64,000 nt of DNA, from positions 186,001-250,000 of the forward strand of contig CT868021.1 of assembly GCA_000165425.1 (NCBI GenBank), read 5' to 3'. This DNA comes from Paramecium tetraurelia (lineage: Eukaryota). The translations under genes were made by a program, and so were the position numbers. Below the pieces are notes generated by a model that was not told the DNA's origin, ran no database searches, and saw only the letters and a program-made list of their open reading frames with translations. Shown piece after piece: positions 12,016 through 26,520 of the stretch (position 1 is its first letter; each line of letters begins with the position of its first letter).

Positions 12016-15000
12016 TCATTCTAAAATATATTTGTGTTTGGTAGTTGACAAAAATAAATCTGATTTTACAATCTCTGTATTTACAATTTAATTAAATCTC
12101 TCTGGATTCTTGTATTTCAATGCTCGTAATTTCTGTGCCAAAATGTCAAATTTTTTGTCAATCTAATTTGTCATTACCGAATCCTATTCCAAACGCTCAG
12201 TCTTTCTCTGAGTCTCTTAAGTAGGTTCCTCATAGATTTGCATTTGTGCTTGAGTCTACACTATTTCACTTGCCAATGATTCCATTTTCCTTTATTAAAT
12301 GATGCTTGTATCGTATTCGAAACACTCCTTTCTAACCTCAGGATGATCCCTCATTTGCTCTAATAACAATCAATCAAAATGTTTACCTAATTGCACTTAT
12401 TGAATCATTCTTTAAATATTCATCTACACTTCTCTCATATATTCATCAAGGTGAGATTGTGTATTGATCTGAGTTTGCTATTCATCATCCAATTGAATTT
12501 GATTAGTAAATTTAAGTGCCTGATCCTTCTCTATTACATCCTTATATCTCATTCGATTCTCATGAAATTTACGTATGGTATCGCCACAGCCATCTTCATT
12601 CTCCCTCTTTTCATTTATTTATCCTTCAATTGTTTAAGGTATATTCTTCAATTGCTTTTAACGTTACTCATCTAAATGTAGAATCAAATATATTTACAAA
12701 GATAAATATTATACTTGGCTTCATCATCGGGATTCTATAATTAAGTGATCTTCTTTTCAATATCCTTCTTGAGATCTGCCAAACTCAAATTCTGTCTAGC
12801 AATTAGTTCGTATTCCTATTTTAGATCATAAACCTTCTTCTTTGCTATTGTAGCCTACTTGGCCATTGGAGAAACAGATGGAGATTGAATGTCATTTCTC
12901 AAAGTGGATTTACTAGATTTTGATGTGTTTTTCTTCTTCTTATTGCTTGGATCCTCCTCATCCCAATCATAATCGTAGTCTTCATCATCATTATTATTGG
13001 CAGCCTCCTAAAATCTTGACAATTTGGTCTTCACTCTCTATAATTTTGCCTACGGAGTGTTACCATTGTTATTATTACTACTTTAATCTTCAAACTTTGT
13101 CTTCTTACTCCCTTGCTTTCTGCCAGGCTGTTAAAGAGGAGTATTATTTTATTAAGGTGTTCCACTACTATTAACTAATGATTAATTTTGTGAGGGCGAA
13201 TAGTTTTTCAATTGAATATCTTACAAATTAGTTCTATTTCTCAATTGCTAAGAATAAATCTATTAATTTTAAGAGTGCTCAGCAATATTTTAATTACTAT
13301 CCTATCTTTGAAAATTTAATTTAATTTATCTATCTTCATTGTTATTGTTATTAGCTGATTCTTGATAATTTTATTATTATTATTAATTTGTTATTTACTT
13401 ATGTTATTGTACTAAGTGTTATTCTTAATTTTACTATTAATCCTAATGTTACTCCTATTCCTTATACTACGATTATTGTGTTTTTTCTCTTGGATTTTAT
13501 CTATTGGCCTATAGCTAATGTTATTGTTATTGTTATTACTAATCTGATTATTTTGATTTTTTTGACCTTTCACTTTATTTAGGATCTGACTTCTTTGACC
13601 TTTCACTCACTGCTTTCATAGTTCTCTTTGTGACTACATTGACAGTATTTCCATTTTCATCAATTTATTGCTAGATTTCCTCCAAAAATAACTCTTCCTC
13701 TTTGTCTGTTAATGAGTCTTATTCATCTTAATGAGGTACTTCTTCAACTGATATATTTGGAGAGTACACTTCTAATTTTTCATGGTCTTTATCACTGCTC
13801 TCTCTATTCCCAAACCTGTTGCTTTTATAGGTACCATTAGATTTTAAGGATCCATCTGGTTGATATTATTCATCATGATTAGTTCTTTTAGTTTTACTTC
13901 TATAAGGATCTGATCTTTAGGTACCTTATTAACTGGAGATTTAAATTTGCTAAGTATTTTCAGATTTACCGAAGGTCTAATCAGTTTTTTATTTAATTTA
14001 GGGTCTTCTGAGATTGAAATTGATATCTGTTGATCCTTATTTAATTTGATCAGTTTCATAATTGATATTAGTTGGAGGATTATGAGATCGAAATGTATTT
14101 TACTATTTTTCACTGGATTCATCGAAATCAATCTATTCTCTGGATGTATTCTTACCTGATTAAATTGGTTAAGATTATTTCTTAGTGAATATCTGCTCCC
14201 TTTACTTCTTTTGATCATCAATTACAGATTACAGAAATTGCAATTCTTCATCCATTTCTTAAGAATTAGCTCGCTCCTAAAGATTCATCTTATGGGAATC
14301 TAGAAGTTGTTTTCGTTCATCCTCAGACATACTTTTGAGCATAGCAGACTATTTAGATCTTTTGGAAGTGTCTTGTATTTTATAACTTTTCTTTGATTTC
14401 TCTTATTTAGAAGGAGCATTCTCTTCATAAAATTTCAAGTAATCAATTTATTCTTATTTATGTGTGACTTTGGGTTGTTTACTTGGAAACTTAGTTTCCT
14501 CTAAATAGATCTTCTTATTAGGTTCATTTTACATAATGGTCGTTGATTTCTTCAGTAATTTGGATGACAACTTATTAATAGGATGTTTAAGTAAAATATT
14601 AGTGACTTCATCTAATTATTTTTCAATTTGTTCGGGAGGTATTTGAGCTTATTGTAATTGTTGTGAAATCTATTAGATAATATTAGCAATTTATTCTTCA
14701 TTCAATCTTTTGTCAGAGAGTGACACTTGACTCTCAATTTTGAATGCATGATCTAAATGAGAGATGTCTCGATTGTAAGAGAGATGTCTGCGAGCTTCCT
14801 CAGGAACCTCTTCGCTTTTCATAACAGATATACTTTATGTTGCCTTTTCTTAATCATCAGAATCAACATCTAAGAAATTGAAAGTGGATGGTTAATCCAT
14901 AATCGGAGTTGGATTTTTGTGCATATTAATGATATTAGTTACTAGATTCTAAGTTATTTTTTAGACAGTTTCAGATTCCACTTAGGAGAGAGTCTGAGAA

Positions 15001-16562
15001 TGTTAAGATTCTTCTCCTCCTTGAATTTTCTTTTAATCCATTACTCTTTATAATATTTGACTGAATTTCATCTCATAATAATTCTATCTCTCAAATTTCA
15101 TATCGTCACTTACATCTAGTTCTTTGTCTGATGGTTTTGCCTTCTGTTCTTCATTTTATTTCTAAGCAGTCCTTCTCATAGTTTCAGATTATTTCTTTTC
15201 AAGACTTACCTAATTTGAATGGTGATTGGATGAAGAAGATGCCAATTTATTTGATCTATTAGCACTAGATTTAATGGTTTTACTTGTTTTATTTTGTAGT
15301 TATGATACCATAGATAGACTCTATTAAACCTTAGACTTGCTGGAGTCTTAAATTTCAGGTTGAAAGTATGGTTATTAGAGTTATTGACTATCATTGTCAG
15401 ATCTTTGGGCAATCTACTATTTTGCTTACTCTAAGAATTTTAAGGTTGGTAATAATTTATTTTTATCTAAGATCTTCTCCTTACTGTGTTCAGTCTCATT
15501 TCCTTTTGTAACAAGAGATGTCGATCTGACCTATTGTAAAATAGATTGCATTTCAGTTGATTGTTCTTAGATCATTGTTTCTTCTACTTATTTTTATTTT
15601 AACCCTACTTTAGTTTTGTTAGTCATGTATTCTGATTCGTCTTCATAATTGTTAAATTTGTACTCAGTAACACTTACATTAGGCTATGATCTGAATTGCA
15701 TGGATCTAATAATGGATACTTCTTAGATCGAACTCAACTCATTGAAATTATCAGGATTATCAATGCCTGGAGGTCTATTGAGTTCATTCTTCATTGCCAT
15801 TTCTCTCTCATAAATTTGTTTCTTGATTCCTAGTATTTGATTCAATTATAATTCTCTCTCAATCTCACTCAATTGACTGTGTCGTTACACAATGATTTCC
15901 CTTACTTTTCTTACATCTTCATGAGAAACCACCTGAGATTCTTGAATTGCCTATACCACTCTACTCAGCATTAGTTCTTCTAACTCCAATTGTTGATCCC
16001 TTGTTTTCGCTTAAGGAATTTTAGTTGTATTGATATTAACTATTTTGACTTGAGTTTATGGCGATACCAATTTTGGCAATTCTATGTGTTTATTCACGAT
16101 AGCTGCCTATTATTATAAATTCTTGATGCATTCTCTAACAAATTTCAGTTACTTCTGTTAAGAGGGTGGTTTAATCTCTATTGTTTTGTATGCATTGCGT
16201 ATCTCCTCCGTATTTGGTTCTTCAGTCTGATTCAGTTACTACTTTTTGGTGTTCTCATTCTTTTTTAATCCATCTTTGACTTTCTTCTCCTTTCTGATTT
16301 TCTGAATTGCAAATTTATTCTTCAAATACAATCGATAGTAGAACTTGAATAAGTCTACATTGCCTTTCCCTTTGAAACCCATGGCATGATTGGCCACAAA
16401 GTCGAAGTCCCTATGCAAAGGAAACTGTATCTCTAATTGATTATCGATGCTTTGTCGCTCTTTCTTTTCGAATTTAGGCCGAATGATAAATGTCTGTTGA
16501 TTCCACTCTCCCCTGTCCTTCACAAGAGGTAGATGAGATGAAACCATTTCCATTTTTTCCAT
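12016..16562 (-). CDS. Large hypothetical low-complexity/coiled-coil protein (~1500 aa)
   Basis: ATG 16562 (MEKMEMVSSHLP...). The frame is open under code 6 in the stretches checked, with Q/S/E/K-rich tracts. TGA at 12016. The 3' exon structure was not fully resolved. Confidence 0.7.
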
Positions 16563-16636
16563 TTTAATTATATTATTTAATAAAATAATGCCCTCTTACT
16601 AAATATCCTCTTTTTGTAATATTATTATTTATAAAA

Positions 16637-17852
16637 ATGGCTCTAATACATAATTAAAATGACTTATAAAATATGTTTAGTAAGGCAGGCAAAATAACTT
16701 CTGAAAAATATATTGTATTCCAACACAGAGACGATCATCCTGTTAAAAAATTCAGCACTCCACAACCAAGCAAATCTCCTGACTTGAATAATAAGAATGC
16801 CCTTTCTCAATAGGAATCACTTAACGAAGCCGAACAAAACCATTTAAAGCATCTCCTCAGAATGTCCTAACCTTTCACCAAATAGATCTCCAGAAAAGTC
16901 GGTCATTACACCTAAATAGGAAACAATTGCAAAGCATCCTGTGGACAATATCATATCAAATATAGTGAACTCGACAAGTAATACAATATCCTATACTTTT
17001 GACAGAGCCGTGCATTCAGTTCCACATTACGATAAGACTTTGAAACACACCATTCCTGTCGAAGTTCCTCATAAACATCAATAAGATTTACCTCAAGAGT
17101 AAGTTCCCTTATTACTACCGTAGTACTCCCTCCATTGTCGAGAAACCTAAATTCAAATACGAGAGTTTTGTAGATCTGCAAAGACAAATACCAAGGTTTG
17201 TTCATCTCTCTAAAATAGAGCTGATATCTTCTCAGGAAGACCCAATCCTCACCCGGATCGATTTCAGTTCTTAAATGTAACCAACCAGTGGAGTAAGATA
17301 CCGAGATAACCGTAAATTAAATTGGAAAAGTAATTATCCAGAGATCAGATGTTGATTTATAAAAAGAAAGAGTTTGCACCCGATTATAAACCTAATTTTG
17401 AGTTCGGCAAAAAGTACACTCACTTATTCAAACTAGGTAGTTGGGCAGTTGTGGAGCACCCTTCTACAAATTGGAATAAAGAAAGGACATTTTGACTAAG
17501 ATACCTCCCTATAATTTTGAAAGTTACTTTGAATATGATTAATATTCAAAACAACCTAAAAGTCAATTGTTCACTTCTCCAACAGCACCTAATTTTAAAA
17601 CCATGTTAGACAGAGAATGTGATCAAAAATCCCTTTTGCCTAGTTTCATGCAAGTAATTATTAAAATATAATAAGAAATTTACTAATACTAGAATGGGTA
17701 TTACACATTTAAATTAAAAAATGTTGGAAGTCAATAACTTTAAGGATGGAAGATTCCTAACAGTCACATCAAGTTTTATGCCAACGAAGTAAAAACAGTC
17801 AAAACAGACTCAAAATTAATCAAGTTAAAACTAATCATTTGATGAAATTTGA
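16637..17852 (+). CDS. Hypothetical basic protein with weak STPG/SHIPPO-like (P/G-x-Y-x-P) motifs
   Basis: ATG 16637, three short introns, motifs CGQYHIKY, PDYKPNFEF, PNFKTMLDR. TGA 17850-17852. Confidence 0.7.
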
Positions 17853-18309
17853 TATCTTAATAACAACAATATATTCAACCTTATTTATATCATTATATTC
17901 ATTCTTTTTAGATTCCTAATTTAGGTTGAAATTACTGGGACATAAAGATAGATTTTATATTAGAAGTAATTCAATATAAATTAGATTCAGTATAAATGTT
18001 ACAATTTAATCAGACTAACTATTATTAATTAGATATCTACATATAATAAGAGGCTAATATATTTCATTTTAAAAACTCTAACTTTGAGACATTAAATTAA
18101 AGATTTAGAAGTCTACTGTTGACCTTCAATAATACATTTTTCACTTTGAAATATGTTAAAACTATATTGATATATATCAATTCTTAGTTGAATAATCTTC
18201 CATTGATTTTTAAAAAGAGCACTCTTAGCTTAATGAATCATAGAATTAGCTTAATCAAGAATGAGATTTACTGAGAATCAATTATTAAAATATGTATGAT
18301 TTAAGAATA

Positions 18310-19655
18310 TCAATATTTTCTGTGAGGTTCCTTAGTAGTGACTATTTTTGGTGCCAACACTTAAGCTACTGGCTTCACTATTTCCTTCGAGGGAATGTGC
18401 TACCTGTTTTAAGAAGTAGTTCTTTTCTTTTCAACTGATGACATCTTATTCATTTATTGTTATTACAACGTTTTTCTCTGTGCTGTCAATTATTAAGTGC
18501 TTAATTATTAATTATTTGTGTTTGATATTTTCTTCTCAGAATCTATCCCGTTCAATGCTGCTTTTGGTAGTATTGGAGGTTATTGTTGTAATGGTTATGT
18601 CATAATCAACTGTTTTTGTAACTATTGTTTTTCAGCACTCATCAAATCCTACTGAGTCCTTATCATATTGTCATCCTTTATCCAATCATACTTTTAATCA
18701 AGTTCAAAACCGATCTTTTTAAACGCATCCTAAAATGTACTCTCATCAACATACCTTAAACAATCCTCTCAAATAAAGATAATCTGGTTTTTCTTCAAAT
18801 TTTAAATGTTTACAGTAATTCAAATATTGACTTAATTCAATAGGAAACCCTTTACACAATACATCAGAAGATGTTTCAAGCTTCTTCTCCATGATTCTTT
18901 GATATTTTTCCTTTTGATTATTTCCTTTCATGTTTTGCCAAGGAAGCTGTCCTCTTAATAAATACATTAAGACATAACCAAGAGACTCTAGGTCATCCCT
19001 CCTTGATTACTCAATCCCCAAGTGAGTATTGATGGATGCATATCTGGCAGTTCCAGTTAGACTCTTTCCCTCTCTATATGGGATATGTCCTTCCTTTGTT
19101 TAATATCGTTTGGCTAATCCGAAATCCAAAAGGTAGATTCTAACTGCCTTCTAGCCCAATCCAATGAGGAAATTATCAGGCTTAATATCGCGATGAAGGA
19201 ATTTATTCAGATGGATGAATTCAATTCGTTAAATCATCTAATCTCCTAACATCAAGACCTAAGTATTAATTAGAGTGGCTTACAGTCTTTAGAGATAGTC
19301 TTTTATTATGCTTGTTGAACAGGTCTTCAAGACTTTAACCCAGCAAATCAATGACGATGTAATTATAATCGCCGTCTGTTCCTTAAGCATATATTCTAGG
19401 GATTCCTAACTTTTAATTAACACTTCAAATACCCTTATCACTATGATCAGAGCCTTGTAAATATGAATACAATTTAGCTTCAAAAAACAATTGAGGATGC
19501 TTATTATCACTTCTTTCCAATTTCATTGCATATTCCTCCTTTCCCTTGGCTACTTGGTAGATTTCCCCAAAAGCTCCACTTCCTATTCTCTTGATCAACT
19601 TGTAAACTTTGCCGATGACAGAATTCGTGAGGTCTTTACCTATAGGGGTGTCCAT
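18310..19655 (-). CDS. CK1: Casein kinase 1
   Basis: [58 protein letters not shown]-rich tail. Confidence 0.96.
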
Positions 19656-19695
19656 TAATAATTATGAATTTAATAACTTATTCTTTTTTTAGAAT

Positions 19696-21442
19696 TCAAA
19701 ATAATTTAAAATATAAGTATGCCAAGAGGAACCCCAATATAAATTTCCATTGATTTTTCACCATCAACCATGCTCGATACAACATTAATAAAAACTTTAA
19801 GAATATGGCCAATCTACCCACGACCTTTGATAACTACTCTGGACTAAAACGAATGGGATAAACATCTCACCTTGCAGAATCTATATATTATGTAATAGCA
19901 TTGTTGCCACCAAATGCAGGAGCCATCATTTTTAGCATTTAGGGATTAGCCTTTAATTGATCGATGACCATTCCAAGCATTTAAGGATTCTAGGCTAATC
20001 CTTACAGATTTTATGGCATTTATTAAGTAGCAGATTGAGCTTAAGGAACATTTTGATAATTTGATTATTAAGTTGATTAAATAGGTTGTTATTATTATGA
20101 GGATTATGAGAATTATGGTTATTATTATTATTATAATTTTTACTATTTTAAAACTGCTGGATCTATATTTTTCATTTATGATAACATTTCAGGTGTCATC
20201 ATAGTTTACATCATCTCTATTTATTAATCTGACATTTCTACTCCACTCTACTATTTCATCATTTATTTCAAAAATCCTTTATCCATAGATTTCAAAGTAT
20301 TGGTCATGTAATTTAATTATTCAGGAGACTATAATAGCTATGGATATTACCATATTTTTAAATTAGTCGAATTACTATTGAAATTGTGGATCTTCTGGTA
20401 TTTTATTTACATTTTGAGATTCAGTTTATTGAGTACTCGGTTTATTACTTGTACTTTTTGTAGTTTAAACCTCCTCCTCAACAATTAAACCATCTTCTTT
20501 AGAAGTTTGTACCTTCTACTTTAAATTTTAGAATTCCTCAGAGTTGGTGTCAACAGAGGACAATTTGATTTTTGGTTTTTTTTATTGTTACTCCTAGATG
20601 TCTTAGTTTTCTTTTTGCTGTTTTTAGGTTTACTAAGGTTATTCATTTTAATTTCCCTTCTCTTCCTATTATGCAGCAGGATTTGCATTTAAATTACTTA
20701 TTTGTTCTTTGGCTTGTTTATACATAATTTGAACTGTTTCGTCATTTGATAATTTCTGAGATGCAATCTCCAGATACTTAAGAGCCTCGTGATACCTTTT
20801 TGTTTCAAAGAGAGCTTGACCCATTCTGAAATTGGCTTTTCCATTCTAATCATCATCTTCTAAGACTTTCTTGGCTTAACGTAACACGACATCATATTAG
20901 GATTGTTTAGCTTTCACATTACAGTAATTTAATCTGCAAGAATGTTCCAAGAGTTTCAATTCTTATTTTTTAATTGTGTCACTTTTCAAATAAGCATTAT
21001 TCTCCCATAATTCTTCAATTTCAGATATGGCTTCATAATATTTGGATGCTGCCTTCTCATAATCCTGTAATTTGAATGCATCATTTCCTTAATTTTTTAA
21101 TTTGTTAATTATTGGAAATTAGTCACTCTATGGTTTTTGCTACTATTATTATGGTTATGGTTGTTGTCCCTAAATTCTTTATTTTGCTCTTTCTATGTCC
21201 TCTGGACGAGTCTAAAATAGAGATAAATACCATACTTGATTGACCTATCTTTCAAGATCCTCATCTCTCATATTTTTGACTTGACCCATTTGTTGTCTCA
21301 CGAATGAAGGATCCACGTTCCCCATTCCTGCCATCTAGGCATACTGTCTCAATTGATCATCACTCATGCCCGCACACATTTATGACATCTATTTCATCAT
21401 TTCAGGAGTCAAGAACTTCTTTGTGTCTTCATTAAATTACAT
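19696..21442 (-). CDS. OEP61/AtTPR7-like tail-anchored TPR chaperone receptor
   Basis: Met/Gln-rich STI1-like repeats (PEMMKQMSQM...VKNMRDEDL), TPR clamp KLKNQGNDAFK..YEKAASKY...CRLNYCN...KANFRMGQA, further STI1-like repeats, and a C-terminal TM (WKFILGFLLAYLYFKLF*). Confidence 0.75.
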
Positions 21443-21599
21443 TTTAATATAATTTTTAATTAAAGTAAAGCACATATTAAATCATTCAACCTCTTTCCAT
21501 TGAACAGTACATTTCGTCTATTTCATACAAAATATCCAATTGATCTAAACAATATATTATTTATAATTGTATTTTATATATATATATAATAAACAGTTA

Positions 21600-23277
21600 A
21601 TGAATAAATCTGTTTTATTAGAAATGCAACTCAAGGAGGCTCTAGATAGAGAGACTAATCTCAAAAAGCTTAATGAATCCTTAATGTAAGCCATGCGTGA
21701 TATGGCAAATTAAGATAAGGGCAAGGAAATTCATTTGTTAAATTAACTGCATTAATAAGAATTATCCAATCTGAAAACCACTCTTCAAGAAAAAATCATC
21801 ATCATTGAATATGAAGTAACATAAAAATACTATTTTAAGCATCGTAAGAAATCTCAGGAGTTTATATAATTATAAAATGATTACAACCAATTATAATTAG
21901 ACTATTAAGAATTAGAAGCAAAGTAAGTACAAATCATCACTATTTAGAAAATGTTTAAAATGTCTTGAATTGCAATAATAATTGGATTAAATCATAAAAT
22001 AAAATGAGATCGAAAAAGAAGGACTAGCTCGTGAATTTACTGAAGCCCTAACTAATCAGAAATCTATTTTTGAATATGTATACTAATTTCTTACTATCTA
22101 TAAGGATTTGAATTGTCTCAAATTGAAATTGAAGGAACTTACCTATTAATTGGATTGCGAATGTAAGGAAAAGGAGAGAATGGAAAAAGCCGTTGAAGAA
22201 TTAAATAAGACTCATGAATAAGCAGTAAATATAACAATTAAATTAGTAAAGAAGCTTAATGTAATAAATCGCTGATTTAAACAAAGCACACAATGAGACC
22301 ATCTATTAGAATAATCAATATCAGATGAATACTTAACAAAGAGAACAATTACAAGCATCAAAGCTTACATAAAATGAACAAGAGAAAATAATCTTGGAGA
22401 AACAACTCTTAGAATATAAGTAATTAGTTTAATTATTTCTAATTTAGGGAGATTAATTATAAATTGGATTCTTAACTTAAATTAGTGAGTCAACAATTGC
22501 ATGATAAAGAAACTCAATTAGTTGAATAAAAGACTGAATTAACTAAGAAGTTGCATAATGAAAAAAAAATTGCAGAATAATGCTAAGTTGTTGCTCTCAA
22601 ATTGAAAAATGATTTTCAAAGAAAATAGGCTCTCCTTTTTGATGAGTCTCTCAAAAAGGAACAACAATTAAAAACTATTTAGACTCAACTTACAAGATAG
22701 AAGAGCAAGAATAAATTCTATGAAAATGCTCTTTGTTAAGTTAATCTCCAAGAAATCAAGAATCTAACTCCTAAATAAATTAAACACAAGAAAAATAATC
22801 TTTCTAATGATTACAATACTTCTCGTTAACCTGGACATCAAAAAGTAAATCGTTTCTCTATCTAAGAATACTTTAAGTCAAGGACACATGGCTATAATTA
22901 AATTATTGCCAACTTCAATTCAAAAAAGTGAAGCAGACTCTATACATTTTAATCTAACAGATATGCTTAATTCAACTGATTAACAAAGTTTGTCTTGTAG
23001 ATAATCTAAGGATGATATCACTTACAATATTGAATAATTCAATTATGCAGCCAAAATTGTATTGTTTAATTTAAATTTAAGACCTAAACAAATGAAGATT
23101 CAGTTACTCCAACCTAAATATTGACAGATAGATAATTATCTCCCAGGACTAGAAGTAATTTGTCAATTATAATGATTAATAGTTCAAACAGTGAATCCTA
23201 AGGGACCTATCAAGAAAGTAAGATAAATACAAGCAGATCTATATAAAGAAAACGTAAGTGTGAAACCTAAAGTTTGA
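21600..23277 (+). CDS. Hypothetical coiled-coil protein
   Basis: ATG 21600 (MNKSVLLEMQLKEALDRETNLKKLNESLM...), multiple short introns, TGA 23275-23277. Confidence 0.75.
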
Positions 23278-23691
23278 TACAAATAAATTAAAATTTAATA
23301 GAATCTAAGAATAATATTCCTGTTATTTCCCCTTAAAAATTACTATTAATTCATCAAATATATTAATTTCTACACATCAATGGTTCTTAACACGTGCTAA
23401 TTTATTATAAATTTTCCCATTAAGTAAGAAAGCAAATATTGAGAATTGCAAAGCACTTTCTATCGAGCTTAAACTTGAGTCTCAGAAGATTCGGCTTAAT
23501 ATGTTATGAATTGATGTTTATTAATCGAATAAAATTAACTGAGCTTTATTTCCTAGTTGATTAGTTGCTTAAGTAGCAATATCCAAAATTGGTGACAGGT
23601 TTATATAGTAATATCAAAATTTCATATTAATATACGATACATGGATACATAAAAACTCGAGATCATTAGTTTAACGATTAATTTCAAATTT

Positions 23692-24063
23692 TCAAACCTT
23701 TCTTTTGAACAATGGGCAGGGATGTAAAACAATCTTTTTCTTCAGTTGCTTTTCGCTTATAGTTTTAGTAGAAATATCTTACACGCAAGTACAGAAATAT
23801 CCATCGCAACACTGACAGTGATAGTACATTCTTTTATAGTTCTTATAACAATTTCTATGTAATGCCACATCCTCATCACTTTGATAATAGGTATCCAATT
23901 TAATCTATTTGAAATAACCATAAACACTTACATTCACACAAATGGGACAAGCCACAGGTAAGCCATTGCATTGTAACCATTCATATTGCTTATGACAAGT
24001 ACAGCAATTGAGAAACCCTACCTGGATCTAACAACAAGGACATATAATGAAGCAGCAATCCAT
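23692..24063 (-). CDS. Small cysteine-rich putative metal-binding protein
   Basis: MDCCFIICPCCQIQVGFLNCCTCHKQYEWLQCNGLPVACPICVN...YHCQCCDGYFCTC...HPCP. One probable 24-nt intron. Confidence 0.65.
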
Positions 24064-24195
24064 CTTTATTATTAGTGATATAATTAATAAAATATTAACA
24101 ATTGTGTTAATGCGTCAAATAGGGATCACCACTTAAATCGTTAATATAGATTTTATTATAAAAATTATCCATTTATAATATAAACAACAAATACT

Positions 24196-25176
24196 TCATT
24201 CCCTTAAAGCTATAAGTATGGATCTGATAATTCCCAGGATAAAAACCCAAAGATTGACATTAAAGACAATCTATTTGTAATACTTCTAAAATTACTTCCC
24301 AAAATATTATGAAAATCAATGTGAGTATGAACGTTCCTAAAGTCAGAGTTGAAAAGAAATAATAATAGAGGTAATATCTTATACCAGACAGATGTGGTAC
24401 AAAATTAATTTCTGAACTAAACTATGCGGCTCTTATTAAAAATATGTGTTTACTCATAAGCAATCATCTCCAAAATGATTGCTTTAATCTTTATATTCTG
24501 ATTTGGAATATGATTAAATAGTTTGATGTCCCCCGTCTTAGCATAGCTATCATGTAGATCTAGTACTTCAGACATTTTCTTAAACACTTTAATGATAATT
24601 CGGAAAGGAAGAAATTTAAATATGGACTATATGAAATATGAATTTTACTAAGTGATATTATTCTCCCAATTTTATAAGGTTTTGCTATTTAAAATTCTTA
24701 TTGTTGTCATCAGTTATTAGATATGAGGTTAATTCCACAATGGTTTTCTAATTTGGCATTAAATAATTTGCATCAATATTGAATTGAATTTCGTAGTATT
24801 CATCTTAAAATTCAATCTCATTATCACCCTCGAAAATAACAGATTCACATAGAAAATTCTTTTAAAATTTTAACGTAGAAGATTAAAATTCTAGTATGAT
24901 GTCTGAATTCGAAACTTAGCATATATTTTTAAATGAACGATCGAATACAAATCCATAATATTTCCCATTTATCAAGTGATACTGAATTTGAACTCTTTAA
25001 TTCATCTAAGGAATATAAGAGAAATAGGCTCTTAAAATTGTTGCCAATGCCAAAAATGTAAAGAATCCATACCACATGCTTTTCTTGACTAGGAATACTA
25101 TTAAAGGAGTTAGACCTAGAAATTCAAATACTTTTTGAGTGATTCTGATAAAAAATGCTATGCACTCTATAATCAT
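24196..25176 (-). CDS. Seipin-like ER lipid-droplet biogenesis protein
   Basis: TM1 ending AYFSYIP, luminal YYEIQFNI, and INFVPHLSGIRYYLYYYFFSTLTLG resemble seipin FYYSYMP, YRVTLEL and HFTGLRYLLYNF. Three short introns; the 3' end is inferred. Confidence 0.75.
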
Positions 25177-25241
25177 GTTTACAGAAATTAAAATTATTCT
25201 TATTTACTATTAAACAATTATACAATTAGAATCATTATGTG

Positions 25242-26520
25242 TCACAATTTTGGAGTTAATGAAGAGTTCATACTTTATAATTACTAATAGTAATGTTCAA
25301 ACAATTCAATGCTCTCGATTCATTAAATAGCTAATTTCTCACAGCTGCAAATCCTCTATTTCTTATTTTACAAGTAGGGAACAATTGTTAGTAAAATGTT
25401 TGGTTTATTTTTTAAATGAATCTTTGTTTTTTCAATTATTTCTTTGGAGTAGCAGACTCAGATTATATAATTTACTAATTGAATGATTCTATGTTTATTT
25501 GTAATTATTTACAATTTAAATCTATTGAGCTTATCTTCCTTTATGCAGAAGCCTTAAGATCTAAAGAGCTTTGTTACGGAAAAGAATTTAATTGTAAATG
25601 CACTTAATTCAATACTTTCTCCTTAGCATTGGTTTCGCATAACAAATAGAAACTATTTGATTTCTCTTGTGAATTTAGTTTTGATCTTCTATCCAATAAT
25701 TATGAGAAAAACTATTCATTTTCAGAATGAACTTCTTTGGATGTAGGTTTAGATTGCTTTTTTGGACTTCTGGTTAATACTGTATAATTGCTAAGTTTGA
25801 TATTCGAAGTCATGGCTTCACGAATTCGTTGATTTCTATTATGTCGAGATGGATCTATTGTCCTATTCAAAAAGGAAACTGGAGTCTTATGATGTCTATG
25901 GAATACATCCACTTATGGAGGTGGTTTTTATTGTTATAAGTAATTGAATTACTTATTCCGTTCCATATTAAGTTTTAAGAGCCTCTCGACATTCTCTTAT
26001 TTTGATTAGTAATATTATATCATGTTGTCTATGTGATCTCTTTGATATCAATATTTTAATACTAATTCAATGAAAGAAGACCGTACAATTTCCAAAATTG
26101 ATCATCGTAAAATTAAAAAAGATTCTTATTTTATTTGTTATTGATTTGCCATCCTTAGGATTATTTATTTTGTTAATTTACTATTTCATTTGCTTTCTAA
26201 TCAATTGTTGAATGCAGAACTTCAAGAAATCGAATGAAACTCATTGTTGCTAATTTCCTTTGAATGCTCTATATTTACTCTATTTGATCTTGAGATTTGC
26301 ATTTCTCCATCAATTCTTAGAGTCTCGATGAAAATCTGTCTAAAAGTCTAAATATATCGACATATTACTTTTTATCTTGTTCTAAAATATTTGTTTTTTT
26401 GTATTTTTCAATGAATTTCATAGTCACACTTTTTAAGGCATCTTCTTTACCAAATATTTTCTATTGAATTACCATGTGCAATTAGTCCAAATCAGCTGAA
26501 CAGATATTCGAATGATCCAT
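25242..26520 (-). CDS. Hypothetical protein
   Basis: ATG 26520 (MDHSNICSADLDQLH...), code-6 frame with short introns that includes track ORF 25712-25912. TGA 25242. Confidence 0.65.

Noticed and set aside
19719..19968. Plus-strand code-6 ORF MPRGTPIQ...
   Set aside because: It is antisense to the TM-encoding 3' end of the OEP61-like gene.
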